Source of the DNA: Schizochytrium sp. TIO01
Taxonomy: Eukaryota > Protista > Bigyra: Labyrinthulomycetes
Length of the DNA: 64,000 nucleotides
Assembly (NCBI GenBank): GCA_004764695.1
Contig: SMSO01000036.1
Span: forward strand, 2,232,001-2,296,000
Direction: 5' to 3'
Below, in pieces: positions 11,005 to 24,508 of the stretch; within the stretch, counting starts at the first letter, position 1; the number at the start of each line of letters is the position of its first letter. Made by a program: the position numbers and the translations under genes. Below the pieces are notes generated by a model. It made no database searches and was not told the DNA's origin. It worked only from the letters and a program-made list of their open reading frames with translations.

Positions 11005-11430
11005 CAACTTGAGCTGGTTCTCGCTATGCCCGCGAGCCTCTGTGACGTGGCGCAAGTTGTGAAGGTTGCCCGCGTTCTCAGGCTTCAAGTTCTGGCTTCG
11101 TCTGCTTTTCCTTCTGTGAAGCTGTTGTGGCTGGTCTAAGTCGGCCTGGCTTGCCTTGTTTGGTTGGCACTCTAGCTAGATTGCCGGGGTTCTTCAGGTT
11201 GTTCTTGGCTTCAGGTGCTGTTGCTCGAGTTGCTGTTGCTCAGGATGTTGCAGCTGACCCATCGTACCAGCCGGGCGACTGTGATTTCAAGCAAGCAAGA
11301 GACCGACGAATCCACTCGGCCTACAATTTGCTCGAATTGTCTGAAGTGCTGCAGACAACAAACAAACAAATAACAAACAACAAACAAACAGGCTTTGATC
11401 TCCAGGAAGTCGGAGCTGCTGAGAACCAAC
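11005..11430 (-). pseudogene. Putative decayed leucine-rich-repeat gene fragment
   Basis: Minus strand gives KNNLKNPGNL (~11177-11206), SHNSFT (11115-11132) and in-frame PENAGNLHNLRHV...SENQLK (11008-11082), resembling the LPxxIGxLxxLxxLxLSxNxL LRR consensus; frameshifted. Confidence 0.35.
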
Positions 11431-11515
11431 GAAAGCGACACTAACCTGTCGGAAGAAGGGAATCCAGGAATGCAGAACTCGGGTTCTGTGCTTACCGTAT
11501 ATATGTATACATAAA

Positions 11516-11685
11516 GTATGTATGTATGTATGTATGTATGTATGTATGTATGTATGTATGTATGTATGTATGTATGTATGTATGTATGTATGTATGTATG
11601 TATGTATGTATGTATGTATGTATGTATGTATGTATGTATGTATGTATGTATGTATGTATGTATGTATGTATGTATGTATGTATGT
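11516..11685. repeat. (TATG)n microsatellite, ~42 units
   Basis: Perfect tandem array read directly. Confidence 0.98.
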
Positions 11686-14223
11686 GCTAAATAGGTAGGT
11701 AGGTAGTACCAATAGCCAGCCTCTAGAGTAATTTGATTTTATAATAATTACAATAAAGTAGCGAATCCATGCATAAAGTTGCTTGCAAAAAAAATGTAGA
11801 TTGAGAAAGACAAGATAAGGTATACGTACTTACACCCATCCATACACCTAAGTCCCTACTTCTCCTGATCATCCAAGAACCAGATCGAGTGTTAGGGGAT
11901 TCTTATATTGAGGAGCTAAAAGCCACGATGCCACGAGCAGGAGCGCGGAATTCGGATCAGCCGGTTTTGTGAATGCACGCCAAAAAGAAAAGAATAACTT
12001 AATTAATCGCCATCCGCCAATTTTACTTTCTTTTTTAAATTAAAATAAAAGATAAAAAATGATGATACTTATATTTTATATTTTATTTTTTTAAAACTTC
12101 AAACTTAAATTAGGTTATTAAAAGAAAAACACCTTAAAAACGCTTTTTCTTTGTGAGGTTGGAAATACTAGTTGTTAGTGTAGTAGTTAGTTGGTAGGCG
12201 CTTCACAGGACTGACTTTAAAAAGAAAAGAAAAAAAGACCTCTCTGAAAGCTGAGAATTGCCATAGCGAGAGATAGGACTTGTCTCATTGTACAAAGTTA
12301 TCATGAGAAATCTGAGCACAGGTGGGTTTCAAGAAAGCAAAAGCCCTCGAGCATTCTATGATGACATTGCTGATAATTTAGCCACACTTTCCACACATAC
12401 GCGCTCTACTTCCTCTCGCAGAGCAGAGAGAAGGTGCAGAGCTCGACGTATTTCGCGGTCGAAGACCAATTCACATCCATCCATTACAGATTCCTGAATC
12501 AATCATTGCGAAATAAGTAAGTTGAAATGAATGAAATCATCGATAGGGTGGAAGGACACAGCCCGTTTGGCCCATTATATTACTTTGGGTCAGCCGCCCC
12601 GCACTGGATGGGACTCTCTTTCGTGATAATTTTCTCCCTTTGAACAGACACGCTCCTCCTGTAAAGAGCTCCTGTGAAAAAGAGTGCGCTGTTCGTATGT
12701 TACCCAAGTGCTATGGAGATGACCACAAATGTTAGGAAGTGGCGTGCCTAAGAGGTACTACAACGAAGCCGTTCTCGTGTGTTGTCCAGGGCACTCTATT
12801 TCGTATCCACAGAATTGTGCTTACAGCTTGAAGATTTGTCCACGCCCATTCTGCAGAATGAGTGCACTGCTCAATCCTGGGCTTACGGCGGCGGCGTCTA
12901 GCTAGCTAGTGGCAGAAAATGTAAATGAATGTAAGAAGTTGCCGCATCAGGAGCAGTGGGAAATGCAAAGGAGAAGGCCGTGAAGATTGGACGACTGGCA
13001 GAGAATGTGTTTTACTCCTGAGAGACCATGCGCAGGACTTGAAGGTTCCTGTAAAAATAAATAAATAAATCTAACCTCAGCTAGAAGATTTTTTTAATTT
13101 AATTGAGAAGCACATAAAAGAAAATGATGAGATGAAAGTCGCTGACATTACACATACATACATTCATTCATCTGAAAGAGGGGGAGCCATCATGGACCAG
13201 GAATTTCCTTTTCATTCCCAACTGTGGTTTTGTTTGGACCAATCATCGCGGTTGAAAGTTGACCTTGAAACTCGTTTCGATCTCTGCACATCGACATTTT
13301 GCCCGTAACAGAGGGTCGGCCCTTACGCGAGCGCCAGGGGCGAATCCGTGTTGAAATATTGCAGTGCATTTTGAGTCATGGATGGTTGCATAAGAAATTA
13401 ACTTCATTGGTTTATCGGGTCCAGAGATTTTGACGTGCTGGTTTCAGGAACAACACTTGCGAAAAATAAATAATTAAGTATGCGCACTCTTGCCAGCAAC
13501 CACAGAAAACAGAAACACTCGTGAGTACAACCTGTGATCTTTGGCTTGCAATTAACAAACACCACAGAAATCGCCCCTTCATTTCGAGCCTCGCTTGGAT
13601 CAAACTCTCACGGCTCCTCCGTATCAAGAGCTTGTACAGCCAAATAAATCTTAAAGCCGCTGCGTAATTCCATCGCATGCCATATTTCACTCCACCTCAA
13701 GCTTTGCGACTACGAATATACATAGACTTGACATCGCCAATGGCGATCTCCTGCTTCTTGACTTCTTGGTCGGCACCAGCTGGAGCTCCCTCAACGGGGC
13801 CTCCTCTCAACCTTTCCAAGAGAGTGCAGTACGAGCGAAGCAAACGACCACATGACATCAAGGTGCACCTCGTCGTCTTGCTCTGAAGCGAGTTTCTTGC
13901 CGATTAAAAAGCCGCCAAGGGTACGGATTGTTGCGCTCCTGCATAACGCCTCCGTTGGCGCGTTGCGTTGCCGTAGCATATTTATTCCGCGGCAACGATA
14001 ACACTCTTCATTTGCTTCTCTGCCTCCACGTAAACCCACCGTCTATAATGCGGTGTTTCATTTCGATGAGCTCGCTCAACCCAATGCCTTCATAGGGTAC
14101 ACGCACTGATCAGGTGCCCACTACACGGGGCAGTTGGCTCCGGAAGGGGGTCGGTTATCAAAGCAATCGTTCGCTTTGCCCAAGATCAGCCAACAGAAAC
14201 GCGGCAAGGAAGCAAACCATACA

Positions 14224-14373
14224 CAATCAATCAACAAATCAATATAGCAATGCATCAATGCATCAATACACAATACATCAATACATCAACAAATCTAATC
14301 AACAAATCAATCAATCAATCAATCAATCATTCAACTTAAAATCAAATGAACGAATGAATGAATGAATGAATGA
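14224..14373. repeat. Degenerate (AATC)n grading into (GAAT)n
   Basis: Read directly. Confidence 0.85.
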
Positions 14374-14579
14374 GTCAACAGCGCCAAAGCTATGCTAGCT
14401 ACCATCGGGATGATAGTCAGCTCGCTCGCTATTCTTGATCGTCCAAGTCGCAAACCAAAGCAAACAAACGGAGGAGGAAGCACTTGAAAGGACACCCATC
14501 TCAACTATTTGTAAGTATCCGAATATTTCGACCAAGCTTCTCATTTACCCAAAGCTCCTCGGTTCTTACACCCCTTTCG

Positions 14580-14580
14580 C

Positions 14581-14611
<31 letters not shown>
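14580..14611. repeat. (CAA)n microsatellite
   Basis: About 10 units read directly. Confidence 0.95.
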
Positions 14612-17600
14612 CTCAACATTGGCTTTCCAAAATGGCTTTTCACGGAGTATTATGGCTAAACTAAAGTAGAAGGCGCTCAGCACGCCTCTCTCTACGCGCC
14701 TTGAAAATGGCCAAACTCGAAGTCTCGCGAACGCGCATATAAACAAAGAGGCATATAAACTCATAAACTCATAAAACAAAGAAATAAAGAAATAAAGAAA
14801 TAAAAAACAAAGAAATAAAGAAATAAAGAAATAAGCAAATTAACGAATTGATGAATTGATCGAGACAAACACGCGTGGCGTTCGCAGAACTCGCAGGCAG
14901 CAGCCAGCTCCCCCGGCTCCAGCCAGGTCAGGGCCTGGGGAAGGAGGGCGTTTCCAAAGCGCGGTGGATACTGCTATCTACCTTGTTCGTGAAAACTGGA
15001 ATGAATGAATCAATCAATTAATACCATTTACTTTCTCAAAGCGGCCTCTACCACGTTTTACAATTCAATTTAGAAACAAACTAAAGAAAATACATACATA
15101 ACTTAAAAATAAAATAAAAAAATTAAATCGACTGTTGACAAGAGCGATACTAAACGTTACTAGACCTCGCATAGATACTGCTACCGGAACGTAATTGCTC
15201 TCCGCCTTGACCTTGCGCGTGGCGCTTTTGTCACCAGAGCCAATGAATCAACATGTAAAGTCTAGCGTAGTGACGGTGTCCTTTGCGAGAAGCACAGAGC
15301 CGCAATCGATTACCAAGATTTCCTTTCCCGGTGCCCATTTCACACTTTGCTCGCTTTGGCGCACGAAAGACAGGAAGTTTTAGCAAACAAACAAACTTTG
15401 AACAAACAAACTTTGAGCAAACTTTGAGCAAACTTTGAGCAAACAAACAAACATTTGAACAAACAAACAAACAAACAGTTTTGAAGCACTCAATCAATCG
15501 ATCAATCGATCAACTAATCAATTAATCAATCAATCAATCAGTGATTATAAAATTAGTTGCAGGTCCGCGGAAACCTTGTCGGCCAGCCAGTTAGTTACGC
15601 TCGAGGCTGCGGCTTATGGGGAGTGGGAGGGTGCCTGGAGGGCCTCTGAGTCCGCCTCAGCTGGCTTTACGAGAGGGACCTTCAACAGTTTAGCAGTTTC
15701 CTTGCGATTCTTCTCCTTGATTGATGATGATTGATCGATCGATTGATCGATCGATTGATTGATTGATTGAACGATCGGAGTCACTTCTCGAGTGAGTGAA
15801 AGAAATAGCGAGGGCGACACATGCTATGTGTCCACCTTTGAGGATTTCACTCGTCATGCTTTATTCATTGATTGATTGATTTTATTATTATTATTATTAT
15901 TATTTTAAAATTAATTTTGTAAAAAACATGTTTATTCTTATTTCTAAAATTAAAAGAAGAAAAGCAACAAACATTAATTTGAATTAAAAGAAACAACATA
16001 AAAGATATACTTTACGAAAAGAAAAGAAATAATGATGGAGGATGGAGAAAGCGACCGGGGACAGATAACGTGTATCCCGTGTGTCCCGTTACGGAGGCGT
16101 TCTTGGTAATGGCAGGGGAAAGACAGCGCGAATTAGAAGAAAGCGGTGAATGGTTTCTTTTTAATTTATTACCGAACAAGCATAGATTGGCTTTTATTTT
16201 CATAAACAGCAAGAGCGGAAAGGGCAATAATCCCAAGGGTCGAGGTAAATAGAGCTATGTGAACGAAAACAAGGACACACTTGTTTCTATGGATGGGTTG
16301 AGAAGTTCGTTTCTTGATACGCCTGGCCCAAATGCGGCTTCGTCGCCATGGCCATGGACAATGATAAAACCTCTACTATAGCAAGCAAGCGAGTTAAACA
16401 GAGATGCCTTTATTGTATTTTCCGGGTACTCGCTGTACAAAAGCGATCAAACTTTTGGCAAAACTTTGCAATAATTACGCTAATGATTATTTATAACTTC
16501 TTTTTTTACGGCAGATCTAGTTGTTCAACAGAGGTAAAAATATATTTAAACTTCCGTGGGAATCGTTTATCCACCTGAAAGATTTCTGGGCACCAAGCTG
16601 TGACATAATCAAAGAACCCTAGCATCTACTCGGCTCCACTCCTTTATCAAACACCTGCCCCACAACCTTCTGGCATATCATTTTTTCCTTGGACTCAGGT
16701 TTTCTTGCGCATTTCAGCATTCACCAAGATTGACCTTGCCACGTGCAAAACCTCCTCTAATTATTCAACTTTCAAGTTGAAGTCATGCAAACGTGCATGC
16801 AACATGCATTCATACATTCATACATTCATTCGTTTATGTGATACTCATTTTCCCATTCCCATTCCTATTGCTTTCTACATTGGAAAGTGCGTGCGTACGT
16901 ACACATCATCTTCAAACCAACCCCACTAATAAGGTACCCATTAGAGCACGTACCTGTGGCTCGAGGCTGGCGGTTTCGCGAACCGCCATTGTGTTTTCAT
17001 CGCAGCATAGGCAAGTATGACACCGGTTATAAAAGAATCCTAAGTCTTCTGCAGTGTAATATCTTTCACTGTGTTCGTTACTTCGTTCGTTGTGGTTCGT
17101 CTTATGGCCATTGGGCACTTAGCTATCTGGCTGGCGAATTGATCGATTGTGACTGCCCAGCGGACTGGCTTTGCACCCACTTACTCAGAAACCTTCAATA
17201 CCATGACCTCTGCAAGGCCAGCGACCGTTCGTTCAATTCGTGAATCGCAATGAATGAATGAATGAATGAATAAATATAGAAATAAATAAATATAAAAATA
17301 TAAAAATATAGAAATAAATAACCGTCTCTTATATATTACAAGTTATCTTCAAGTCAGTTGTTTGGAGACCATCTCTGACGAAGTCCGTATCTATCTCCAG
17401 CGCTCGTGTGTGTGCTTGGCTGTTGGCAAACGAAATGACGGTCAATGAGTCACTGCGGAATACCAACTCAAGTCCTTCTACGAGCTTCAAAAGTCGGTGC
17501 CTAGCAGAGAAGGGCCCATCTCCGAAGAGCCCGTCTCCGGTTTGTGGAGGTCGCCGCAACGGTTGATGGCTTCTGGCCTGTCGAGTTTTACTTTACTTTT

Positions 17601-19658
17601 CGCGGCTTGATTGCTTTGGTTGTTGGCTCTTGCACCTCAAAATGTCATGAGGCAAATGGTCGCTCGCAGGAGCACGATTGAGTGCGGACATACTCCTGAT
17701 GCTGCTTGCGAGTTCAAGCGCAAGCATGCAAAGTTCTGGGAAACGGCGAAGGAAGTTAGCAAAGTTTTCATAGTTTTCATAGTTTTCATAGTTCGAGGAA
17801 CTTACAATCGACGAAAACAACGACCTTCGAAGCGCTGGTGAAAATCAACGGAGTTGTTCGAGGGAATGTCGATGATGATCGTGGCCTGCGATCAAAACTC
17901 TACTCGCCAAAACCTACCATTCTCGTGCCCGAATAAGTGACTGAATACAAACAATGATTCATTCTCGCGGCGACGAGCAGAATTGGGGGATTTAGTACTA
18001 CTACCTACCACAAGTTCCATTCCTTTCGTCAAAGATCAGCAAGAAAATAGTACTTTGATTTCCTGTTCCTCTCATAAAAAGCGAGAAACCTGTCATATAA
18101 CATAACAATAAATCATGGGCCCTCGCCTGATATCCTTGCGAGCAGCTCGAAATGACAGTTTGGCGACGAATTAATTGCGTGCTCAAGTCGGAAAAAGCAG
18201 GGACGAGGAACAGTCAGCTCGTGCTCTTCCAAGGATTGTAGCTTGTATTTTCCAGCTCTCCGTCCTCTGATCTTCAAGAAGTCTTCAACTCACGGACTGA
18301 GTTATCTTCTCTAGCGACCACCTGATTCCTTTCCAGGAACACCCTTTCACGGCTTTCCAAGGGTAGACTCAGGAGTCCTACTCGGGGCTAGTGTTTAGGA
18401 TAGGAGGGCGCGGCGAGTGAAAAGCTACTGCACCGCAGGATGAAATGCAGGGCAGGGGAAAAAAGGGGGCAGGAAGAACATGACATGTAAGAAGAAGAAG
18501 GTCGATTCTCCTCGCTTCCTTTTTCTTTTCCTTTTTCTTTTACTTTTCCTTTTCCTTTTCCTTTTACTTTTTCTTTCAAGCGCAAGACAGGATGAGACCC
18601 CACCCTTAAGATAAGTTTTGCTAAGCGTGTCCTTTTTCATGCACCCTATTCTACATCCACGAAGAGTATCGGTGGAGTCGCATGAAAATGTGTTACGAGT
18701 CCACTCATTGCAAAATCGGAGGCGCGGTCCAAGAACGCGATGCGCGCTCTTCTGCGACACTGAGGACATCATCGATGGCTTTGGGCAGAGCAGAGCCGGC
18801 TTCTGCTGTTTTATCTAATCAGAGGGTGTCTATAACTAACCAATTAATTAAATTAAATTAATTATAATTATTTATTTATTATTGATTGATTGATTTGATT
18901 GATTGATTGATTGATTGATGGGCCTTTTAGAGGGAGACGAAGTTCGGGTTGGCAGAGCAGTAGAAGGTGCTATGTGAATGGATAGTGAGTTAGTGGGTTT
19001 CTTTCGTGTATCTTTTTCAACTCTGTCTCACATTTGAAAACTCTTCTGCATAAATAAAAACTTAATTGCCTAACTCGATAAATATTTATTAAAAAATAAT
19101 AAAATAAAACTACAATAAAATACAAAGGTGGACCGATTCCGGGATCTGAGAGCAGAAATATGAATGCTGCGATTTCTAGTCTGTCCACGCACACTTGAGA
19201 AAGGGGTGTCTTATACACTGAGATTGCCACGGTCCTCCTCCCTTGGCCATTTCATTTCATCTGGCGCAGGTAATCAGACAGTGCAGCGATAAAACAAAAA
19301 CAAACAAACAAACAACCTAGAGTGAATTGAAGGAGTGAAGGAATTCATTCATTCACTCATAAAACTGGAAGACCAGAGGGAAGGAAAGACCTGACTCATG
19401 ATGAAAACAGGGAAAGAGCCGCAGAAATGCAAAGGCAGCAAGTAGTATAGCGAGGCCTCCTCCTAGGCGACATGCTAAGGGTCCCTAGGACTCCGCGAGC
19501 TCCATAATCTATCGATCGCTCAATCCGTCAATCGCCAAATTACGCGTTGTTGCTGCTTTATCCCACATACATATGTATATACATATCTGCGCCTACAGGC
19601 GTATTGGAGCGTGAATGGTATATAACGAAGTGAACGCTGTTATATTTTGTAATGTTTT

Positions 19659-19860
19659 GTAATGAAATGAATTGAAATGAAATGAAATGAAATGAGATGT
19701 GATGTAATGTAATGTAATGTAATGTAATGTAATGTGATGTAATGTGATGTAATGTAATGTAGTGTAAAGCAGTGCGAAGTAATGTAATGCGAGACGATGT
19801 ACTGCATTGCAATGCAGCGCAGTGTAATGCAGTGCGATGGCATGGGATGGATGGGATGAG
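19659..19860. repeat. Compound pentamer satellite (GAAAT/GTAAT/GTGAT/GCAGT)n
   Basis: 5-bp periodicity maintained while the unit sequence drifts. Confidence 0.9.
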
Positions 19861-20552
19861 ATCTAATGCACAGCAGACAAACACCTCGGCACATGAAATT
19901 TGAGGCGTGGATGGCGCTGGAATGGGCCCAATTAAACGCAAGGCAGTGGATGCAATACAATACGGTCACGCACGATATCCGATCGATCGGTCGATCGACT
20001 GATTGATCATTCCTTCATTCCTGCATCTCTTCGCAGAATATCTTTGAATGAATGAATGAATGAATGAATGAATGAATGCACTGTAGGCAAAAATAGTATC
20101 TATGATTGACGGTGTAATGCAATTGAGAAATAGCAGGGACCGCGAGTCCTAGCTGCGAGTAGCGAAGTCCTAGCTGCGAAGCTCGCAGAGGGCACGAGCC
20201 GAAGCCGCGAGGCGGCGCCCGCACACTCCGCGAGCGAGTGGCAGCGAGCGTAAACAGGCGCGATCAGAGCTGGGCACGCAGGCCGTGGGGCGTGGCGCAG
20301 CCTCGAGGAGCACGCACAAGCAGAGGCTGGGCGAGAGCCGCTCGGCCACCAAGGCAGCGAAGAGCGGCGGAGGCAGCCTTTGATTGCGGCTTTCGTGGTC
20401 TTCTTTTCGCTGTTGTGTTACTGTTTTAAAAATAAATAAATGGAGGTTTTAGTTTAGTTTAGTTTAGTTTAAATTGAAATTTATTTTTATTTTTATAAGC
20501 TATAAAAATTAAAGTAAAAGCAAAATATGGGTTTGTTTGCATTCATGGCCTG

Positions 20553-20553
20553 A

Positions 20554-20589
<36 letters not shown>

Positions 20590-20622
20590 AAAGAAAAGAA
20601 AAGAAAAGAAAAGAAAAGAAAG
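20553..20622. repeat. (GAAA)n/(GAAAA)n purine tract
   Basis: Read directly. Confidence 0.95.
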
Positions 20623-21136
20623 AGGAGGTTTGGCACCTCTTCTTCCTCTGCAAAGAAAGAGACAGAGGGATATTGGAGACGAACTCCTTCGTTCGAGTTT
20701 GCTGTTTCATGTTTCATGGGTCGCGAACTTCGTTTTCACGGGTTTCGAGATCTGATCAAAGCTCTGTGAGCAGCGCAGAAACCGCTCGAAGGCAGAACTT
20801 GACTGGCATGTATGTATCTATGCACGTATGTATGAACCCATTCATTCATTCATTCATTCATTCATTCATTCATTCATTATGATTTCGCTCAGGATCGCAT
20901 TCGCTTTCGAAGTCAGATAGATAAATACATAGATAAATAGCTCCTGAAGGTTCACTGCCCAGGAAGACCTCGAATCGATGCGACAGGAGCCGTCTGTGTC
21001 CGTGTGTCTGTCTGGGTGTCTGTCCGTGTGTCTGTCTGAGTGCCTGTCTGTCTATCTATCCTATCTGCCGCCAGGCCCTCGAGATCGAAGGTTTCTGGGT
21101 CCTTTTGCAAGAAAGGCAGGAAGAAGGAAAGAAGGA

Positions 21137-21176
<40 letters not shown>

Positions 21177-23437
21177 GGTTTTGGCTTTCCTTTGTTCATC
21201 TTCTTTAGTGAAGGACTTTACGAATCCGCAGAATAAAAAGCTGCAGAAGGAGAAACAACAGAGAAAAGAGGAGGAAGAAGGTGCCTGTATCTGTATCTTT
21301 ATGTGTATCTTTATGTATGTCTTTATGTGTATCTTAAAGTGTATCGTGGCACTAACGCCTATTAGGGGCTTCGTTTCGTTCTTTTCGTTTGTACAGAGAG
21401 ACGCGATAGGAACGTATGTACCTCTGTATGCGTTAAGAACGATTCACGTGTAATTTGTGATGAATACGAAAGATAGATGCAGTATGTATGAATCCATCAT
21501 ACCTCGCGTGTCTTTGCTGCTGTAGAGGGAGAATGCGACCGTGCCCAAAGGACGCTTTCCCGAGGGTAGTGGCCATCATTTGGCGGCCTTTCAAGGCCAA
21601 GATGGCCATGATCTACGCACGCACGCACGCACGCACGACGTATAATCAATGTAATGCAAATTCTACACAAAGCGCCGTCTTTCCTTCTCTCACTTGGTCC
21701 TCGCCCTATAGTAAACGGTAGAGGAGCTGCTAGCCGTACCGGCACTGTCAATGAAACAAACAATGAATATTTGGCATAGTATTTGACAGAGTGCGTGAGT
21801 GAATCAGTGGCCTTCAGAGAGGGCTGTAGAAAGGGGTGAAGTCGAGGAGAAGGAGAGTGGACGGAGGCGATTTGCTCGACTGTGGAGGCGTCTTTGTCGG
21901 CGGAGGTGGCTTTCCGCTGACTTCTGTGAAACGGAGCAGCTTGAAATCGCCATTTCTACTTCGATGCCGTTTGTCTATAGACGGGCGATGAGGTTAGTGG
22001 TAGATAGGTACACTTAGTACTTCGTCTGCTTTTGTTGTTCTTGAGAGATATATGACACACTCTTTGTTTTAGGTGCTCTTCTTCTTCTAATAAGTACTTC
22101 TGAGCTAAAAAGATGTCTTTTGACGGAAAGAAAAAGAATTGAATGGAGAATTAATTAAAAAGTGAGACCAGAGTAATTTTTACAAATTGAAAGAAGTTGT
22201 AGACAGAAAATGTTTGGTTTGTTTTTGTAAGAATGCCAAATTGTAAAAGGTAGATAAAAGCAGGTCGGTCTGTCTCTTTCTTTTCTTTTATTATACTTTC
22301 TTTTCTTTTCTTGTTTTGTTTATTTGATTCTTTATGTTTCTCTGTTGCTTCGTGTAGAAGGAGAAGAAGACAAGGCTTCGAGGGGAGAACTCGCCTCAAA
22401 GGAGTGGAGGGGGGGTAAGCGAAGGTGTTCGAGGGGGTTTTTGCGTCAAACTATGGAGGATTGTTGATCTTCACCGATCAAAATCATGGGCGAAGGCTCT
22501 GTTTATTAGAAGAAGAAAGCTTTCTCTCATCCTCATTCTAAAAATATTTAAAAAAAAATGTTTTTAAAAATGTTTTTAAAGGAAATGCAATCAAAGCTAA
22601 CTTTTTGTTTGTTTGTTTGTTTGTTTTTAGATTCTTCCTTTTGTTGCTCCTCGTGCCTCTTTTGGGGGTATTCTTTCTTGGGTTGTAGGAAATAAAAGCA
22701 GAGAACGATTGTTTCTGGGTTTTTCTATCCATCTTCCTCCATTTCTTCTCCCTTTTATTTGTTTATATGTTTGTTTGTTTGTTTGTTTTGTTCGTTTGCT
22801 CACGTAGGTAAGTAAGTACTCCTTTTCATGAATTAATGAGATTGAAGAGTAAAAATAAGAGTAAACTAACTTCTCTCCGCTTCGCTACTAGTGGCACAAT
22901 AAGATACTACTAGCTGGTTTGCTTGCTTCTCTGGTATTTCGTATTTCCTGATGCTCTTTCTATCGATCTATCCTCCATATTGATGTCTTTTTAAAAGTTT
23001 TAAACCTAAATAACTTATTGTTATCCGTAGTAAGTATTGGTGTTATTCTAGTTTTCACTAAGAGAAGTGATATCGATTACACTCGCGAGCGACGACGCCT
23101 GTTGGTGCAGCAAAACCCATTCACCCTGAGCACCAACAGCGGTTGAGCTCAAGCGAGTCACCCAGGCTTCAACGACGACGATAGCAGCAGCAGCAACAGC
23201 AGCAGCAGCAACAACAACAACTACAAAGCCTAGGCAAACTACAGCTTAGATTTCGCAGGGACTCAGGGTCATATCTATCTATTATCTATATCTCGTGCCT
23301 CCGCGCAGACGTACTTCAACTTTGTCTGAGAGCCTTGTCGCGGAGATCGTGAGATCCCCCGTGAAGCAAACTTCAGCAGCAACAAAAGCAGATAAAAACC
23401 TCAAGACCCGTCACATAACTTTTCATAAATAAAGACA

Positions 23438-24508
23438 ATGACACCCAACCCTCAAGTGAGCAGCGCACTGTGCCCCATCGGCGTGATGAGCGCAACACGG
23501 GCCATGCATGGCCCCCGCGATGACAACAAGGTCTTCGCACCGAGCCCCATCAAGAACATCCTCGGTGCACGCCTTGCCTCCTCCAACCTTAGCCCGTACA
23601 TTAAGCTTGTGTCCGGTATGGCTGGAGGTATCGCAGAAGCATGCACCCTCCAACCCCTTGATGTGGCCAAAACCCGTCTTCAGCTCGATAAAACCGGTGA
23701 GTACAATGGCATGATTGACTGCCTCAAGAAAACCGCCAAGAACGAGGGTATCGCTGCACTCTACAAGGGTCTCACCCCCTTCGTGACTCACCTCACCCTC
23801 AAGTACGCTCTCCGCTTTGGTGCCTTTGAGAAGTTCAAGACCATGCTCGGCGCTGACAGCAAGGGTAACGCCTCTGCCAAGGTCAACTTCACCGCTGGTC
23901 TCGCCGTTGGTACGCTTGAGGCTTGCATGATTGTCACCCCCTTCGAAGTCATCAAGACCCGTCTCCAGAAGCAGAAGGTCAAGGCTGGCGAGGTGCCCAT
24001 GTACAAAGGACCTATTGATGTTGTTGTCAAGATTATCCGCAACGAAGGTATCCAGCGTCTCTGGTCTGGTAACATGCCCACTGTGATCCGCCAGGGTTCT
24101 AACCAGGCCTTCAACTTCATGAGTATGGCCATCCTCAACAAGATGCTCTGGGGTAAGGAGCAGGGTGACGGTAAGGTCCTCGCTGTCTGGCAGACTCTCC
24201 TCAACGGTCTCCTTGCTGGTGCCGTCGGACCCTGCCTCAACGCCCCTATTGACGTCGTCAAGACCCGTATGATGGGTCAGGACTTTAGCAAGCCCAACGA
24301 GATCAAGTACACCGGCTGGTACCAGACTGCAAAGCTTATTGCTCAGGAGGAGGGTATGCCTGCCCTCTGGAAGGGTATCATTCCCCGTCTCTCCCGTTTG
24401 GCACCTGGCCAGGCTATTACCTGGACCGTCGTTATGCGTGTCAGTACCTACTTCGAGAACCTCCAGAAGGAGCTTGCCGAGGAGGAGAAGTTCTCCAAGA
24501 AGGAGTAA
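23438..24508 (+). CDS. SFC1: Mitochondrial succinate/fumarate carrier (SLC25/MCF)
   Basis: Three PX[DE]XX[KR]XR signatures (PLDVAKTRLQ, PFEVIKTRLQ, PIDVVKTRMM). KGLTPFVTHLTLKYALRFG, RQGSNQAFNF and RLAPGQAITW closely match plant/fungal SFC1. Strong C-ending codon bias suggests high expression. Confidence 0.9.
   Translation: MTPNPQVSSALCPIGVMSATRAMHGPRDDNKVFAPSPIKNILGARLASSNLSPYIKLVSGMAGGIAEACTLQPLDVAKTRLQLDKTGEYNGMIDCLKKTAKNEGIAALYKGLTPFVTHLTLKYALRFGAFEKFKTMLGADSKGNASAKVNFTAGLAVGTLEACMIVTPFEVIKTRLQKQKVKAGEVPMYKGPIDVVVKIIRNEGIQRLWSGNMPTVIRQGSNQAFNFMSMAILNKMLWGKEQGDGKVLAVWQTLLNGLLAGAVGPCLNAPIDVVKTRMMGQDFSKPNEIKYTGWYQTAKLIAQEEGMPALWKGIIPRLSRLAPGQAITWTVVMRVSTYFENLQKELAEEEKFSKKE

Noticed and set aside
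11287-11712. 141-aa (IHTY)n ORF
   Set aside because: Translation of the (TATG)n microsatellite.
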